Source: Lama guanicoe (Eukaryota). From it: a DNA stretch of 64,000 nt. Numbering within the stretch: the stretch's first letter is position 1; each line of letters begins with the position of its first letter. The stretch is from assembly GCA_013239625.1 (NCBI GenBank), contig MU056000.1:11297175-11361174 (forward strand), in the 5' to 3' direction. Under the pieces are notes generated by a model that searched no databases, was not told the DNA's origin, and was given only the letters and a program-made list of their open reading frames with translations. The position numbers were made by a program, and so were the translations under genes. Of the stretch, positions 39,201-51,629 are shown in pieces.

Positions 39201-40259
39201 TTACTAAGAGATAGGAATTAGTTTTCGAAGGTTGACATAGCCATATTGTTTATTCAGTAAGCACCTCTATGTTAGGAGGTCAGTGAGTTCTATGTGTTTA
39301 TTAAAGCAGGTGGAATAGAGATTTGGGAATTGAGATTGGAAATACTATACAAAAGATGGAAATGATTTTTCAATTAAGACTTTTCATAAAACTTTGCCCT
39401 TCAATTAATCTATATTAACACAATTCTGAAGAATTTAGAACAGGGATGGACGAACTGGAATTTAGTGAACAAACAAATGAACAAGAGCTGTCAATTAGCC
39501 GGATTCTTGAGCACTACTGGAGGTTGAGTTTGCCTCTGGCATGCTGCACCAGGAAAGGAGGGAAAATTCTTTCTTTCTTTCTTCCTGGTGCAAAAGTTCC
39601 TTTTGGCTGTAAAGAGCAGGAGTAGTGCTCTGATTCCATTCATCCTGAAACTGTTACTGTTCCTGATCTTATTATCACGTCCTTAAACTTCTTGGCCAGG
39701 CTCTGTTTCTAAGATGTGCTGTGTATACGGTTGTAACAGTGATCCCTAGGGGCCTCTTTTATTTTTACCTCTCCCCTCTGTCACCAGGATCTACTTTGAA
39801 TCAGAGGCTAGAGGACTCCAGGAAGGATTTGTCCAATAGAAATTGGAACTGATAGCATATCTGTTATGTTTGAATATAGTGAGACAAATTCTACACCTCT
39901 AGTGGAGACTGAATTTGTGATAAAGAGAAAAATAAGCAGAAAACTGAAGCAATTGATAACTACAGAAAAAATTAAAAGTTGTTCAAAAAATAAAATACAG
40001 TCGTGGTACCCCACAGTCTTACTTATGGGTAGTATTTTCATAACTCTGAATATTGATTTAACCAGAAAGTATGACATGACTACATTGGGAGGATGGGAAA
40101 AAGAGAAGTGTGTGTGTGTTCGTGTGCACGTGCGTGTGCATGCCTTTGTGTGTAGGGTGTTGTATAGAAGAATAAACTGGCATACTCAGTTCTGGGGAGC
40201 CAAATATAAGGGTCTGAACTTATAGAGAAATAGAGAAGTGCTTTGTGAGACTGTTCTTT

Positions 40260-41900
40260 AAAGTGAATCACAGGAGATTCAGTGAAGATCTCTAAGCAGC
40301 TGTGAAAGGGGAGACACTTTTAAATATGAGTGTATTTTTGAATATATAAGTGTCTTACTTTGATTTTTAAAAATAAAAAATAATTAATTTGGGGGGAATC
40401 AAACCATTTTATTGAGGAGCTATGGGGGAGGGTTGAAGGGCTCGGAGGACAGTTAGATCTGATGACCTCGTCCAGCTGGGATCTCTCTAGCTTCACAGTT
40501 GCTGACAAAAATAAAAATTTTTAAATGTGAATGAGAAACCAGAAAGTGAAGACTATATATGTAGATCTCTGGCAAGTATTCTGTGAAGGGGAACATAAAG
40601 ATGGGTCAGATGCTGACGACAGCTGAGGAGTGGAGGGAAGACCCTTACTTTAAGGGGGAGATTGGAGTGTGCATTTCTTGTTGCTAAGATTGAAGAGTTG
40701 GAATGGAGAGATTGGTAACACAGGAGGAATAAAAAAGGAGCAAAGAGGCAAAATTCAGGTCTACGGCCAAAATGAAGGTGTTTGTCTGTGAAAGGATAGG
40801 GGAGGTTTCCTCCATTCTAAGCCAGAGGTTGAGTTTGGGGGTGTGGCCAAGGAGTGGGAGGTACTTGTGAAGAAAGGATACGTAAAGCAGAAAAGTGAAT
40901 GTAGGAAGGAAATGTGGTAGGTTGCCAGGAGGTACTGAGGCTTTATTTGACATTTGCAATCATCAATTTAAAGTGAAACCAAATAGCTGTATGATTTTCT
41001 GCAGCAACGTAAAATCAGCTAATGTGCAGGCAGAGAGAGGATAGAAAGTTGGAGTAATATGATTTGGGGCTTTAACAGGTGAATATTGTAGCAGGGCAGA
41101 GAAGCAAGAGTGACAGTTTTTGCATGAGTTTAACAATGGGGATGGACCAGGGAATCTAGGCTGGGCTAGGGAGGAAGCGAACACAAAAGATGGCTGAGGA
41201 GTGGCGAGGAGTAGTGATGGAGTTAGTACATGAGCGTGTCAGTAAGAAAGAGGAATTGGAATCATGGAACTGTCACCATTTCCAGCAAATGAGCTCGTGA
41301 GGGGTGGTAGAAAACTAGGAGGTGAAACAGCCCCCGGGGACGGGCAGGTCCTGGGCATGATGTTGGGAGTAGGTGAGGTGGAAGGAAAGGCCTTTGGAGG
41401 TGAGGTCAAGGAACTGAAAGACCAGGATTCTGGATGCTGAAGTATCCAAGAATGATCATAGTGAGTCATCTATGAATGAGATAACTAACAAGACAGTGAT
41501 GCAGGGAGAGGATGGTGTGACTGATGTGAATCTCAAAGGGGCACGGCACTGCAGGAACAAGGGTGATAAGAGGTGAAAGGAGTAGCAAGGAAAACAAGGA
41601 GGGTAGGTACCTCCCCCAGTTCCAAGCCCTGAGCTTCAGGGGATACTGGAGAAAATACATCATTCATTGGACAGGGCTGCAGAGAAAGGAGTGTGCACAG
41701 GGGACAAGTCTCAGTTTAAGGTACAGAGGTGAAGGAGCATTCAGAGGAGTTAATCAATGTGTGCTGGATCATTGATGGAGAATGCCAGTGGTCACAACGG
41801 GAAGGCTTAGCCAAGGAGAGAGGAGTGGAGTCTGGGGTCATGAGACCGGGTGTATGGGAATGGAAATGAGGGTTATCAGATTTCACAGGAAGCTTGAACC
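40260..41900 (-). mobile_element. Long degenerate L2 body
   Basis: Extended GA-rich tract with L2-like words (gaggtcaaggaactga, ggaatctaggctgg). Confidence 0.5.
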
Positions 41901-42901
41901 TCTGACAGCGGCTGAGGTAAATACACAGGCATGTGGGCCGTGGTGAGTCAGCTCAGAGGGTTTCTTCTCAACCGCTGGGCACTCAGTTCTAACGTGGTGA
42001 CCCAAACATTGGCTTGGGGGTTCGGCAGTGACTGTCCCTCCCACAGCCTCCACTGGTTGTGACAGTAACTCTGGGTGACTGCGTTCTCCACCCCCCACAT
42101 TAGTCCTTGTCACTGCTTTGGTGAAGGTGGCTTTAGAGGATATGATGCTGTGTGGACATGAGAAGAGGAGCCCGGAGTGGCAGTCGTGACTGTGTCGCCA
42201 CTCCCCCCAGTAACCTGGCACATCATGTAACTTCTCTGAGTCTCAGATTCCCTGATAAAGAAGAAAATGCGATAGCCCTGTGGGTCCTCCTCAGGCTTAA
42301 CTTTTGTGATTCTAACATGAAATATACTAAGATATGTTTATAGCACTTTAAAATGAAAGATTTTGGCCCATATTATCAAACAAATGCTCAGGGATATGAG
42401 ACTTAGAAGGAGCACACTTGATGGACTTCCCTTCCTGACATACGTGCTCTGCTGCTATTTGTAACTGAGATAATTCGGGGGATTTACAAGCATATATATT
42501 CACATTCACATGTATATGATGCGTGTGTGTCACCACTGTCATTTTGTTTTTAGCTTTTTTGTATTCCTTTTCTTTTATTCTTTCATTCATCCGAGGGTGG
42601 GTGAACCTCTTTCCATGAATCTTTCCATGTAACACAGCCTTGTGTGTGATGAAGGAAGCTTCTGTCTCACCAGCACAAGATGTATGCAGTTATTGGCATT
42701 TCAGGAAAACATCTTATAATAATGAGGTTAAAAAGAATCCCCGCTTGGACTTTGTAAGCTCCCATCACCCCATGTATACAGATAATTGGGTGCTCTCACC
42801 TGAGTGCTGTCACCAAACAGCTGTGAAAGCAACAGGAGGAAGGGGTAGAGGCGAGCTGTGGGGGGGTGCCTTCTGCAGCACAGGCGAATGCTGCCCTGGT
42901 C

Positions 42902-42929
42902 CACGTGACTTACACGTGCGTCACACATG
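42902..42929. promoter_or_regulatory. Triple E-box / tandem ChoRE-like element
   Basis: CACGTG actta CACGTG cgtca CACATG. Confidence 0.45.
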
Positions 42930-44344
42930 CCCCATCCCCACGACGACCATCTCAGAGTATGAGGCAGGCTGCCAGCAGCAACCTCGTCACCTCTGCATCC
43001 AGCTGGTTATAAATTCAGAGGGGCTACTGTGAAGTATATCATACACAGAAGAGCAACAGAAGGTGAGGATGGTGACTTCATCCTCGCTGTGCTTCCAAGA
43101 GTCCAAGCCAATCACTGCTTCTCTGCTCCCAGTGAAAGGAAAAGACCAGCCTCAGACATGGGGTCTTGAGCCCTCCTAATGTTAAAAGTCACATGACTGA
43201 TAGAAAGAGATGAAAAACACTGTGGATTACCATGTTGGAAACAGAGATGACCTAGCGGCTGGTTGTGTTACCGTATCAGAGAGCAGACTGCCCCAGTGAT
43301 AATTCTTGGGACGAATAGATTTGGGACATTTTCACATTGAGTCCTTTTAAGCCGTGTCGCAGTTCCCCTGCCTCCAGTGTGTAGTGTGGCCTGTTTGCTC
43401 TTAACTTTGCAGCAGTGTGAAATCCCCGACTGTCACTGTAGGCACGTGTGGCTCTGGGTGGCGTCTGCAAAGCAATGACACTTGTCAATTTTCACAAGGA
43501 ACAGAAAATACTGTATAAAACAATCTCAAGATTGGAGTGGCTCCATTTATATCTAACTAATCATGGAGTGAGTCCTGGAACAGAAAAAGGCAACGTGCAA
43601 AAATAGCTTCTGCCTATGTTCTGTTTTCCTAAAATGTGCCTTCTCGCACTGCAGGTACTACTAAATAGGGTCCTCACAAGTTCTAGACTTTATCGTAGGG
43701 GAATGCCCCTGGTTGGATTCTCAGTGACCATGACAGTAGTGAAATCAGAGGTAGATGGCCCTGGAGGGGTTTTTGAATTTTGTGTTTCCTTTCTCTCTCC
43801 CTTTCTCCCTCTCTCCTGTCCTTCCTTACCCTTAGAATAAAATAAAAGTGTAATATCATAGAACTCGCCATGACTGGACAAGCAGTGAATAGAACTGGAG
43901 TTCAGCCTAGGTCTGTCGCTGCTTGGATGTCATTTACAAAATTTTGAACTGACATCGTTGATTATATTTTTGATATTTCCTGTTTTCTTATATTGTCCTC
44001 TGTTTCCTGTCAGATTATTGTGTTCTTTAGTTGTCGTGACAATGTTCAAGACACTGTCAGTGCATAGTATACATACAGTGACAGCTCCAGCTGTCCCTTT
44101 GGTACTGGGATGGTCATGCAATATCCAATAAGGTCAGTTGGCAGAAATGTAATCTTACACCAGGATGGAATTCGTTCATAACAAGAGTTTAATATGGTTG
44201 GTAAAAAGTGAATTAGAATAATTTGTAGGTACTCTTAAGCCTGTGTTCAAAAGTTTGAGTCAATTTAATCAAGAAATTAATTACCAAATGCATATTATGC
44301 ATGAAGAACTTAGAAATACAGGTGGACGCAAAGATAAGTATAGC

Positions 44345-44803
44345 GGTACCCCCCTCCCCACAAAGAGACATTCATGTTCTAACCACCAACCAGATCCTAC
44401 AAAAGTGACCTGATTTGGAAAAAGGGCTGTGGCAGATGTGATTAAGTAAGGAATCTCAAGGTGAGGTCATCCTTTTGGTATGGGTATCATTTGGATCGAC
44501 CCTAAATCCAGTGACGTGTGTCCTGGTAAGACACCTGCAGAGGAGAAAGACGCAGAACAGAAGCCCATGTGAAGAGGGGGGTAAGGGTTGAAATGATGCA
44601 GCCACAAGCCCAGAAATACCTAGAGCCCCCAGAAGCTGGAATAGGCGAGGAAGCTTTCTCTCCTACAGCCATCAACAGAGGGCAGCCCTGCCGACCCCGA
44701 TTTCAGACTTCTGGCCTCCAGAACTGTGAGAGGAGACATTTCTGTTGTTTTAAAGCACCAAGTTTGCAGTAAGGTGTTAGGGCAGCCCTGGAAAACGAAT
44801 AAA
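44345..44803 (+). mobile_element. MLT1B/C-like solo LTR
   Basis: gtgacctgatttggaaaaaggg..gcagatgtgattaag...ttcagacttctggcctccagaactgtgag...gcagccctggaaaacgaata. Confidence 0.85.
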
Positions 44804-45713
44804 ACAAGCAAAAATCAGTCTCCAGTGAAGAGCTGGTAATATAGATTACATGCGAGTCTGCAAATGTTAAAGTGAAGGCATTACAATATAGGAGTGAAGG
44901 GGAATTTATTTCCAGTAAAGGTAGGCGGAAAGACCTCTTGAAAGAGGTGTGCCTTGGTCAGGGTCTTAATGGGACAGGAAATTTCAGGACATATGCAGAG
45001 CTAAGATATCGGAGGAGACAGGGGGGTTCAGGAAGATAAACTGAGGAAATCTGGTACCATAGTAGGGTCCAGCGAAAGGAGGTGATGTAATCCAAACTTC
45101 TAACACTGAGAATTTAGTTGTCTTCAGAAATGCAGAAAGCCTCAATTCGGCCAGACAGGTCTTTCTGCTGCTAGACTTAGATTATGGAGAAATCTACACT
45201 TCCCACTGTCTCCCATCTAAGATTAGGTTGACTTTAAGACTTAGATTTCTGTAGAAGTACTAGTAAGAAAAGAAATCAAAATCAGAGAGGACAGAAATAA
45301 TTTCAGGGATATTCTGAAAGCTCTGTAACGCCCTGGACACACATTGATTACAGTGTTGAACCACACGCTAACTTCTGCTTCCAGGATGGTTTCATACCTT
45401 GTGTCCTACCTGAGCCGGGAGATGCGTCCGGTACCAGTTTCCTAGGCTGTCGCAACAGATTATCACAAACTGAGCGGCTTGCCACAATGGGGATGTTCGG
45501 GCTCACAATTCTGGAGGCAGAAGTCAGAAACCAAGGCGTCACTGGGGCCATGCTGCCTCTGCCGGCTCGAGGGACGCGTCCTTCCCTGCCTCTTCCGGCT
45601 TCAGGTGACCCCTCGCACTCCCTGGAGTCCCTTGTCTATTAGACACATCACTCCAATCTCTACCTCCCTCTGCACTTGACCTGCTCTGTGCCTCTGGGTC
45701 CTCTCCTCTTCTT

Positions 45714-47509
45714 TTTTTTTTTTAACATTTTTTATTGATTTATAATCATTTTACAATGTTATGTCCAATTCCAGTGTTCAGCACAATTTTTCAGTCATTC
45801 ATGGACATACACACACTCATTGTCACATTTTTTTCTCTGTGATTTATCATAACATTTTGTGTATATTTCCCTGTGCTATACAGTGTAATCTTGTTTATCT
45901 ATTCTACAATTTTGAAATCCCAGTCTATCCCTTCCCACCCTCTACCCCCCTGGTAACCACAAGTCTGTATTCTCTGTCCATGAGTCTTTAGATTCCACAT
46001 ATGAGCGATCTCATATGGTATTTTTCTTTCTCTTTCTGGCTTACTTCACTTAGAATGACATTCTCTAGGAGCATCCATGTTGCTGCAAATGGCATTATGT
46101 TGTCGGTTTTTATGGCTGAGTAGTATTCCATTGTATAAATATACCACCTCTTCTTTATCCAGTCACCTATTGATGGACATTTAGGCTGTTTCCATGTTTT
46201 GGCTATTGTAAATAGTGCTGCTATGAACATTGGAGTGCAGGTGTCATCCTGAAGTAGATTTCCTTCTGGATACAAGCCCAGGAGTGGGATTCCTGGGTCA
46301 TATGATAAGTCTATTCCTAGTCTTTTGAGGAATCTCCACACTGTTTTCCATAGTGGCTGCACCAAACTGCATTCCCACCAGCAGTGTAGGAGGGTTCCCC
46401 TTTCTCCACAGCCTCTCCAGCATTTGTCATTTTTGGATTTTTGAATGACGGCCATTCTGACTGGTGTGAGGTGATACCTCATTGTAGTTTTGATTTGCAT
46501 TTCTCTGATAATTAGTGATATTGAACATTTTTTCATGTGCTTTTTGATCATTTGTATGTCTTCCTTGGAGAATTGCTTGTTTAGGTCTTCTGCCCATTTT
46601 TGGATTGGGTTGTTTATTTTTTTCTTATTGAGTCGTATGAGCTGCTTATATATTTTGGAGATCAAGCCTTTGTCGGTTTCACTTGCAAAAATTTTCTCCC
46701 ATTCCGTAGGTTTTCTTCTTGTTTTATTTCTGGTTTCCTTTGCTCTGCAGAAGCTTGTAAGTTTCATTAGGTCCCATTTGTTTATTCTTGCTTTTATTTC
46801 TTCTAGGAGAAAATTTTTGAAATGTATGTCAGATAATGTTTTGCCTATGTTTTCCTCTAGGAGGTTTATTGTATCTTGTCTTATGTTTAAGTCTTTAATC
46901 CATTTTGAGTTGATTTTTGTATATGGTGTAAGGGTGTGTTCTAGCTTCATTGTTTTACATGCTGCTGTCCAGTTTTCCCAACACCATTTGCTGAAGAGAC
47001 TGTCTTTATTCCATTGTATATTCTTGCCTCCTTTGTCGAAGATGAGTTGACCAAAAGTTTGTGGGTTCATTTCTGGGCTCTCTATTCTGTTCCATTGGTC
47101 TATATGTCTGTTTTGGTACCAATACCATGCTGTCTTGATGACTGTAGCTCTACAGTATTGTCTGAAGTCTGGGAGAGTTATTCCTCCAGCCTCTTTCTTT
47201 TTCTTTAGTAATGCTTTGGCAATTCTAGGTCTTTGGTGGTTCCATATAAATTTTATCATGATTTGTTCTCATTCTGTGAAATATGTCCTGGGTAATTGGA
47301 TAGGGATTGCATTAAATCTGTAGATTGCCTTGGGCAGTGTGACCATTTTAACAATATTGATTCTTCCAATCCAAGAGCATGGAATATCTTTCCATTTTTT
47401 AAAGTCTTCTTTAATTTCCTTCATCAATGGCTTATAGTTTTCTGTGTATAATTCTTTCGCCTCCTTGGTTAGATTTATTCCCAGATATTTTATTACTTTG
47501 GGTGCTATT
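45714..47509 (-). mobile_element. Young 5'-truncated camelid-type L1
   Basis: Poly-T tail at left; 12-bp TSD tctcctcttctt at 45702-45713 and 47510-47521; lacks 47 nt of A-rich 3' UTR relative to the 56251 copy. Confidence 0.95.
45988..47259 (-). pseudogene. L1 ORF2p C-terminal fragment (423 aa open), not a host gene
   Basis: [19 protein letters not shown] cysteine-rich region, [11 protein letters not shown]; one in-frame TGA just upstream (YFTE*EQI); the element is 5'-truncated. Confidence 0.95.
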
Positions 47510-48679
47510 TCTCCTCTTCTTATAAGGGCTATGGTTATTAGATTGAGGGCCCAACCTCATCCAGTATGACCTTGCCTTCACTTGACTAATTACACTTGCA
47601 GGAAAAAAAAACAAACCTATTTCCAAATAAGGCCACATCCTGAGGTTCTAGGTAGACACACATTTGGGGACATTCTTCAACCCACTGCACATCCTATTTA
47701 TGTTTTAATCCATAGGGCCTAGTCTAGTGTTGGACATAACACTGGGAACCACTAATTCTTTGCTGACAAAGGAAATAGACCTGTAATGTTCATGAATTAT
47801 GTAAAATTGCTGACAAGTAAAACATGGAAGGGAAAACAAGAGACGAGAAGGGGAGTTGGAAGAGAGAAAAGAAACTTTTCAAGTGTTGCCTGGAAGTGTA
47901 AATCCAAAATCTGTACAGGGCCTACGAGATCTCGTGAGACTTGGCCCCAGCCTACCTCCACCTCCCTGGGCTTGCTGCCATCCAGATTCTTCAGGTCCTT
48001 TCCCTTCACGTGGAACACCCCTCCCTCCCGCTCCCCTCCACCTAACGCACGTCACATCCTTAGCTCTTTGGCTTAAACAGCCATTCTTCAAAAAGGTGAC
48101 ATCTCCCCAGATGCCCTATAGGACTTGGTATCTTTCCTTTATCTGCAGCTGTTTCAGTTGGGAACAATGTTTTTAATAATAATACAGTCATTTGTTTAAT
48201 GTCTCTGTCTCCATTAGAGCAGGAGCGGCGTGGAGACCAGAGCTTGCCTCACATGTTCAGGGAAGAACCCCAGCATCTAGGGTGTATCTTGGATCCTTCT
48301 AGATGACAGCTTTTCAGATATTTTAACTGTCATCATAACCTCACTAAGGCTCCTTCTACCTGAACAGACCACCTATGTCCTTAAGTGAACTTACCGTGTC
48401 CTTTAGGGCAGCCCAGTGCTCACCTCTGCCCCATGTCTGCTGACCATAAAGGTGAAGCACAGCAGCGTAATGTTCAAGGCGGTGAGGCACCACCACCCCG
48501 GCAGGTCTGCAGGCTGCTGGTGCCCTGATTCCATCACTAATGAGCTCTGGGGTCACAGGCTGCCTTGTGTCCTGCTGCGGCCCACACAAGGGTTGGCCGT
48601 GCTCTCCCATCCTGTGAGTCTCTCCCGTCTGCTTCAGGCCCCAGCGTCACCCAACCCTGTGGCTCCAGCCTCTCCTCTT

Positions 48680-49100
48680 TTTTATTTATTTATATTGTAA
48701 TTGAAGTAGATTCAGTTTACAATGCTGCAAGAATTTCTGATGTACAGTGTGATGTTTCAGTCATCCATATACAAACATATGTCCCTTTTCACATTCTTTT
48801 TCATTATTGGCTACTACAAGATATTGAATATAGTTACCTGTGCTTCTCAGTAGAAACTTGTTGTTTATCTATTTTATATACATTAGTTAGTATCTGCAAA
48901 TCTCGAGCTCCCAATTCTACAATGGGATACTACTCAGCCATAAAAAAAATTAAACCAGATCATTTGCAGCAACCTGGATGGATCTGGAGATTGTCATTCT
49001 AAGTGAAGTAAGCCAGGAAGAGAAAGAAAAACACCATATGATATCACTTGTATGTGGAATCTAAAAAAAAAAGAAGACACAAATGAACTTAGCTACAAAA
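48680..49100 (-). mobile_element. Short L1 with 5' inversion (48680-48917 minus, 48918-49100 plus)
   Basis: Antisense 3' UTR followed by sense tacaatgggatactactcagcc; 14-bp TSD cagcct(c/t)tcctctt at 48666-48679 and 49101-49114. Confidence 0.85.
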
Positions 49101-49522
49101 CAGCCTTTCCTCTTCACCTCAGCTGGAAGCCAGCTCCCTGGCCCTGGTTCTGGGGCTGGTGGCAGTTCTGGGGCAGATAGAGTAGCAGGCAGGGTAGACT
49201 AGGGCTGCTGAAGGAAGCCGAAAGGATGAGGCCAAGAATCACTTCACTGTGTTGATGACTCGCCTCCGAACCTTCTAAAGTATAATGCTCAACGTAAACT
49301 AATGCTTTTCTTATGCATGTGACATGCCTGGGAGAATTCATGAGGGGCAGATTCTGAGCCTTGAATTTGATCTGATTCTGTGTTAAGATCCTGTTTTTCA
49401 GTCCTCTAACACTGTTTCTACTTAGATTACCTTCAATTAAAATCTCCAGATTATTTCTATACTGATGCTAAATTATAATCCTCCCCGAACTCATGAAACT
49501 ATTTTTTAATATCAGACAATTT

Positions 49523-50025
49523 TAGATATATTTATACAATGGAATACTACTCAGCCATAAAAAAACCAAAATAATGCTATTTGCAGCAACATGGTTGGAC
49601 CTAGAAATCGTCATTCTAAGTGAAGTAAGCCAGAAAGAGAAAGAAAAATTAAAGTATTTTTTCTTTCATACGATTATCCATACGATTATCACTCATATGT
49701 AGAATTAAAAAAAAAAGAGGACACTAATAAACTCGTCTACAAAACAGAAACAGACTCACAGACATAGTGAATAATCTCATGGTTACCAGGTAAAGGGGGT
49801 GGGAAGGGACAAATTTGGGAGTTTGAGATTTGCAAATGTTAGCTACTATATATAAAAATAGATTTAAAAATTTTTTTTCTTTTGTATAGCACAGGAAACA
49901 GTATTCAATATCTTGTAGTAACCTATAATGAAAATGAATATACGTATGTATATACATGACTGGGACATTGTGCTGTCACTAGAAATTGACATATTGTAAC
50001 TGACTGTACTTCAATTAAGAAAAAA
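49523..50025 (+). mobile_element. L1 3' end (camelid-type)
   Basis: tacaatggaatactactcagcc through gactgtacttcaattaagaaaaaa; TSD atcagacaa(t/g)tt at 49511-49522 and 50026-50037. Confidence 0.9.
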
Positions 50026-50194
50026 ATCAGACAAGTTAAAAAAATTAATCCTACCACATACCATGTGTTACAGTCGATCCGTCCTTGTGGTAAGTTGAGA
50101 TCACTGTATGTGAATTTTGTTTTGAATTGAAGTTTAGCTGGTCCATAACAGAAGTAAGCTAGGATCTCTTAAACAGAGGAAGCCTTTCCTCTGA

Positions 50195-50430
50195 GCATAG
50201 AATCTGGAATCCAACTGCCCAGAGCTCCGTGCCACGTCCTCCACCTAGCTGTCTGACATTGAAACTTTCTCAGCATCTTCAACCTCTCTGTGCCTCAGTT
50301 TCTCAACTGTAAAATTAGAGACTAGCAGTATCTACCTCAAAGTTGCACCATGAGCTTTAAATGAGGTAGCTCGTGTAAAGACTGAGAGTAGTGGTTGTAC
50401 GTTCTTCGTCTTAAATAAACATTAGCCATG
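50195..50430 (+). mobile_element. MIR
   Basis: aacctctctgtgcctcagtttctcaactgtaaaat. Confidence 0.8.
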
Positions 50431-50979
50431 ATTCCCACGTCCATGTATTATTAAAATCACCCACACCAGCATTTTCCTTAGCAAACCATTTTATCAGATG
50501 ACCGCTAGCCTGGTCACTGCCCAGATCATTAAGCGCTAAAGAAAACTTCCTGTTACGAAGATTCCTCTTTCCTTTTCCTTATCATCATCAAATTATGCTT
50601 TGAAAATCTCATCAACACTCTACATCCTTTTGATAACAACGGAGTGTTTTAGAATCTCCAGTGCCCCTGATGTTTTAGAGCAGCCTTTCTGAAGTTTAAT
50701 CCCTGATCCCAGAGGGAATCACAGGCATCAGACTCAACTCTCAGACAGGAAGATCAGGAAACAGAGGCACAGACCCTATTTTCCAAACTGTGACGCATGG
50801 ACACCAGATGTTAATGAGTTTTCACTGAGAATGGTCCTGTGAGGACATCTGTTTGGAAGATTAGATTAAGTAAAATTAGACAGGCTTAGCTTAAGGCTCT
50901 GGACTTCTTAAGTCCTTTTAGCCATGTGAAGTCCATGCATGAGTTCCCAGTGTCCCTCTGGGCGGGGTGGTCTGTCCGG

Positions 50980-51210
50980 TGGACAGAGTGTGGCCTCTGT
51001 AAGTAGGTGCACTGTTCTGGATTCCTTGCTAGTTCATAACTAGCTGTGTGTGGGGGTGTGGGGAGGTGCTTATTGCACTTAGCTGGGTCTCATTACCCTC
51101 AGCTCTAAAATGGGAATAATACCTGCCTTGCAAGATTATCTTACAGATGACAGATGACTCTGGCTAAAATGCCGAGCACAGTGTCTGGCTCTTAGTCGGT
51201 GCTCAGTAAA
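50980..51210 (+). mobile_element. MIR
   Basis: ctaaaatgggaataatacctgccttgcaagatt...agcacagtgtctggc. Confidence 0.7.
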
Positions 51211-51395
51211 AGGTAACAAAACTTACTTTGATAACCTGGAATCGGGTTTCTAAAATACATAAATCTAGGATTGAGTCTAACAAGTTTAGTTGTGTGGTTC
51301 TTTACTTCAAATATTCTGTTTTCTTTTTGCATTTTCTTCTCTCCATGAACTTCTCTCCAAAACTTGGTCTGGCTAATCCAAATAAAAATGATTTT

Positions 51396-51522
51396 GAGAG
51401 AGGAGGATATAGCTCAGTGGCAGAGTGCACGCTTAGCATGCAACAGCTCCTGGATTCAATCCCCAGTACCTCCATTAACAATAAATAAATAAATTAACTT
51501 AATTACCCCCCATCAAAAAAAA
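51396..51522 (+). mobile_element. tRNA-derived camelid SINE (Vic-1-like)
   Basis: atagctcagtggcagagtgcacgcttagcatgc...ggattcaatccccagtacctcc, then (aata)n tail. Confidence 0.9.
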
Positions 51523-51629
51523 CTACTTTATTCTCAGAGTAAGTCATCTACAGGGGATGGTATGCCTAGTCATGTATCAAAATAGTAAATATCACATATT
51601 TCACTATGTTTATTTCATACTTGAGGTGC

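Larger units (their letters stand above)
45430..47689 (-). mobile_element. MLT1B/C-like LTR (45430-45713 plus 47510-47689) split by a young L1
   Basis: LTR sequence ...tctcctcttctt continues as ataagggc...agggcccaacctcatccagtatgacct after the L1. Confidence 0.85.

Noticed and set aside
46490..47050. 186-aa hydrophobic plus-strand ORF, and similar ORFs at 54456 and 56947
   Set aside because: Antisense reading of A-rich L1 ORF2, a common artefact.
45988..47259. 423-aa ORF as a host gene or functional ORF2p
   Set aside because: It is the 3' part of a 5'-truncated L1 without promoter, endonuclease or RT core, with a stop codon just upstream.
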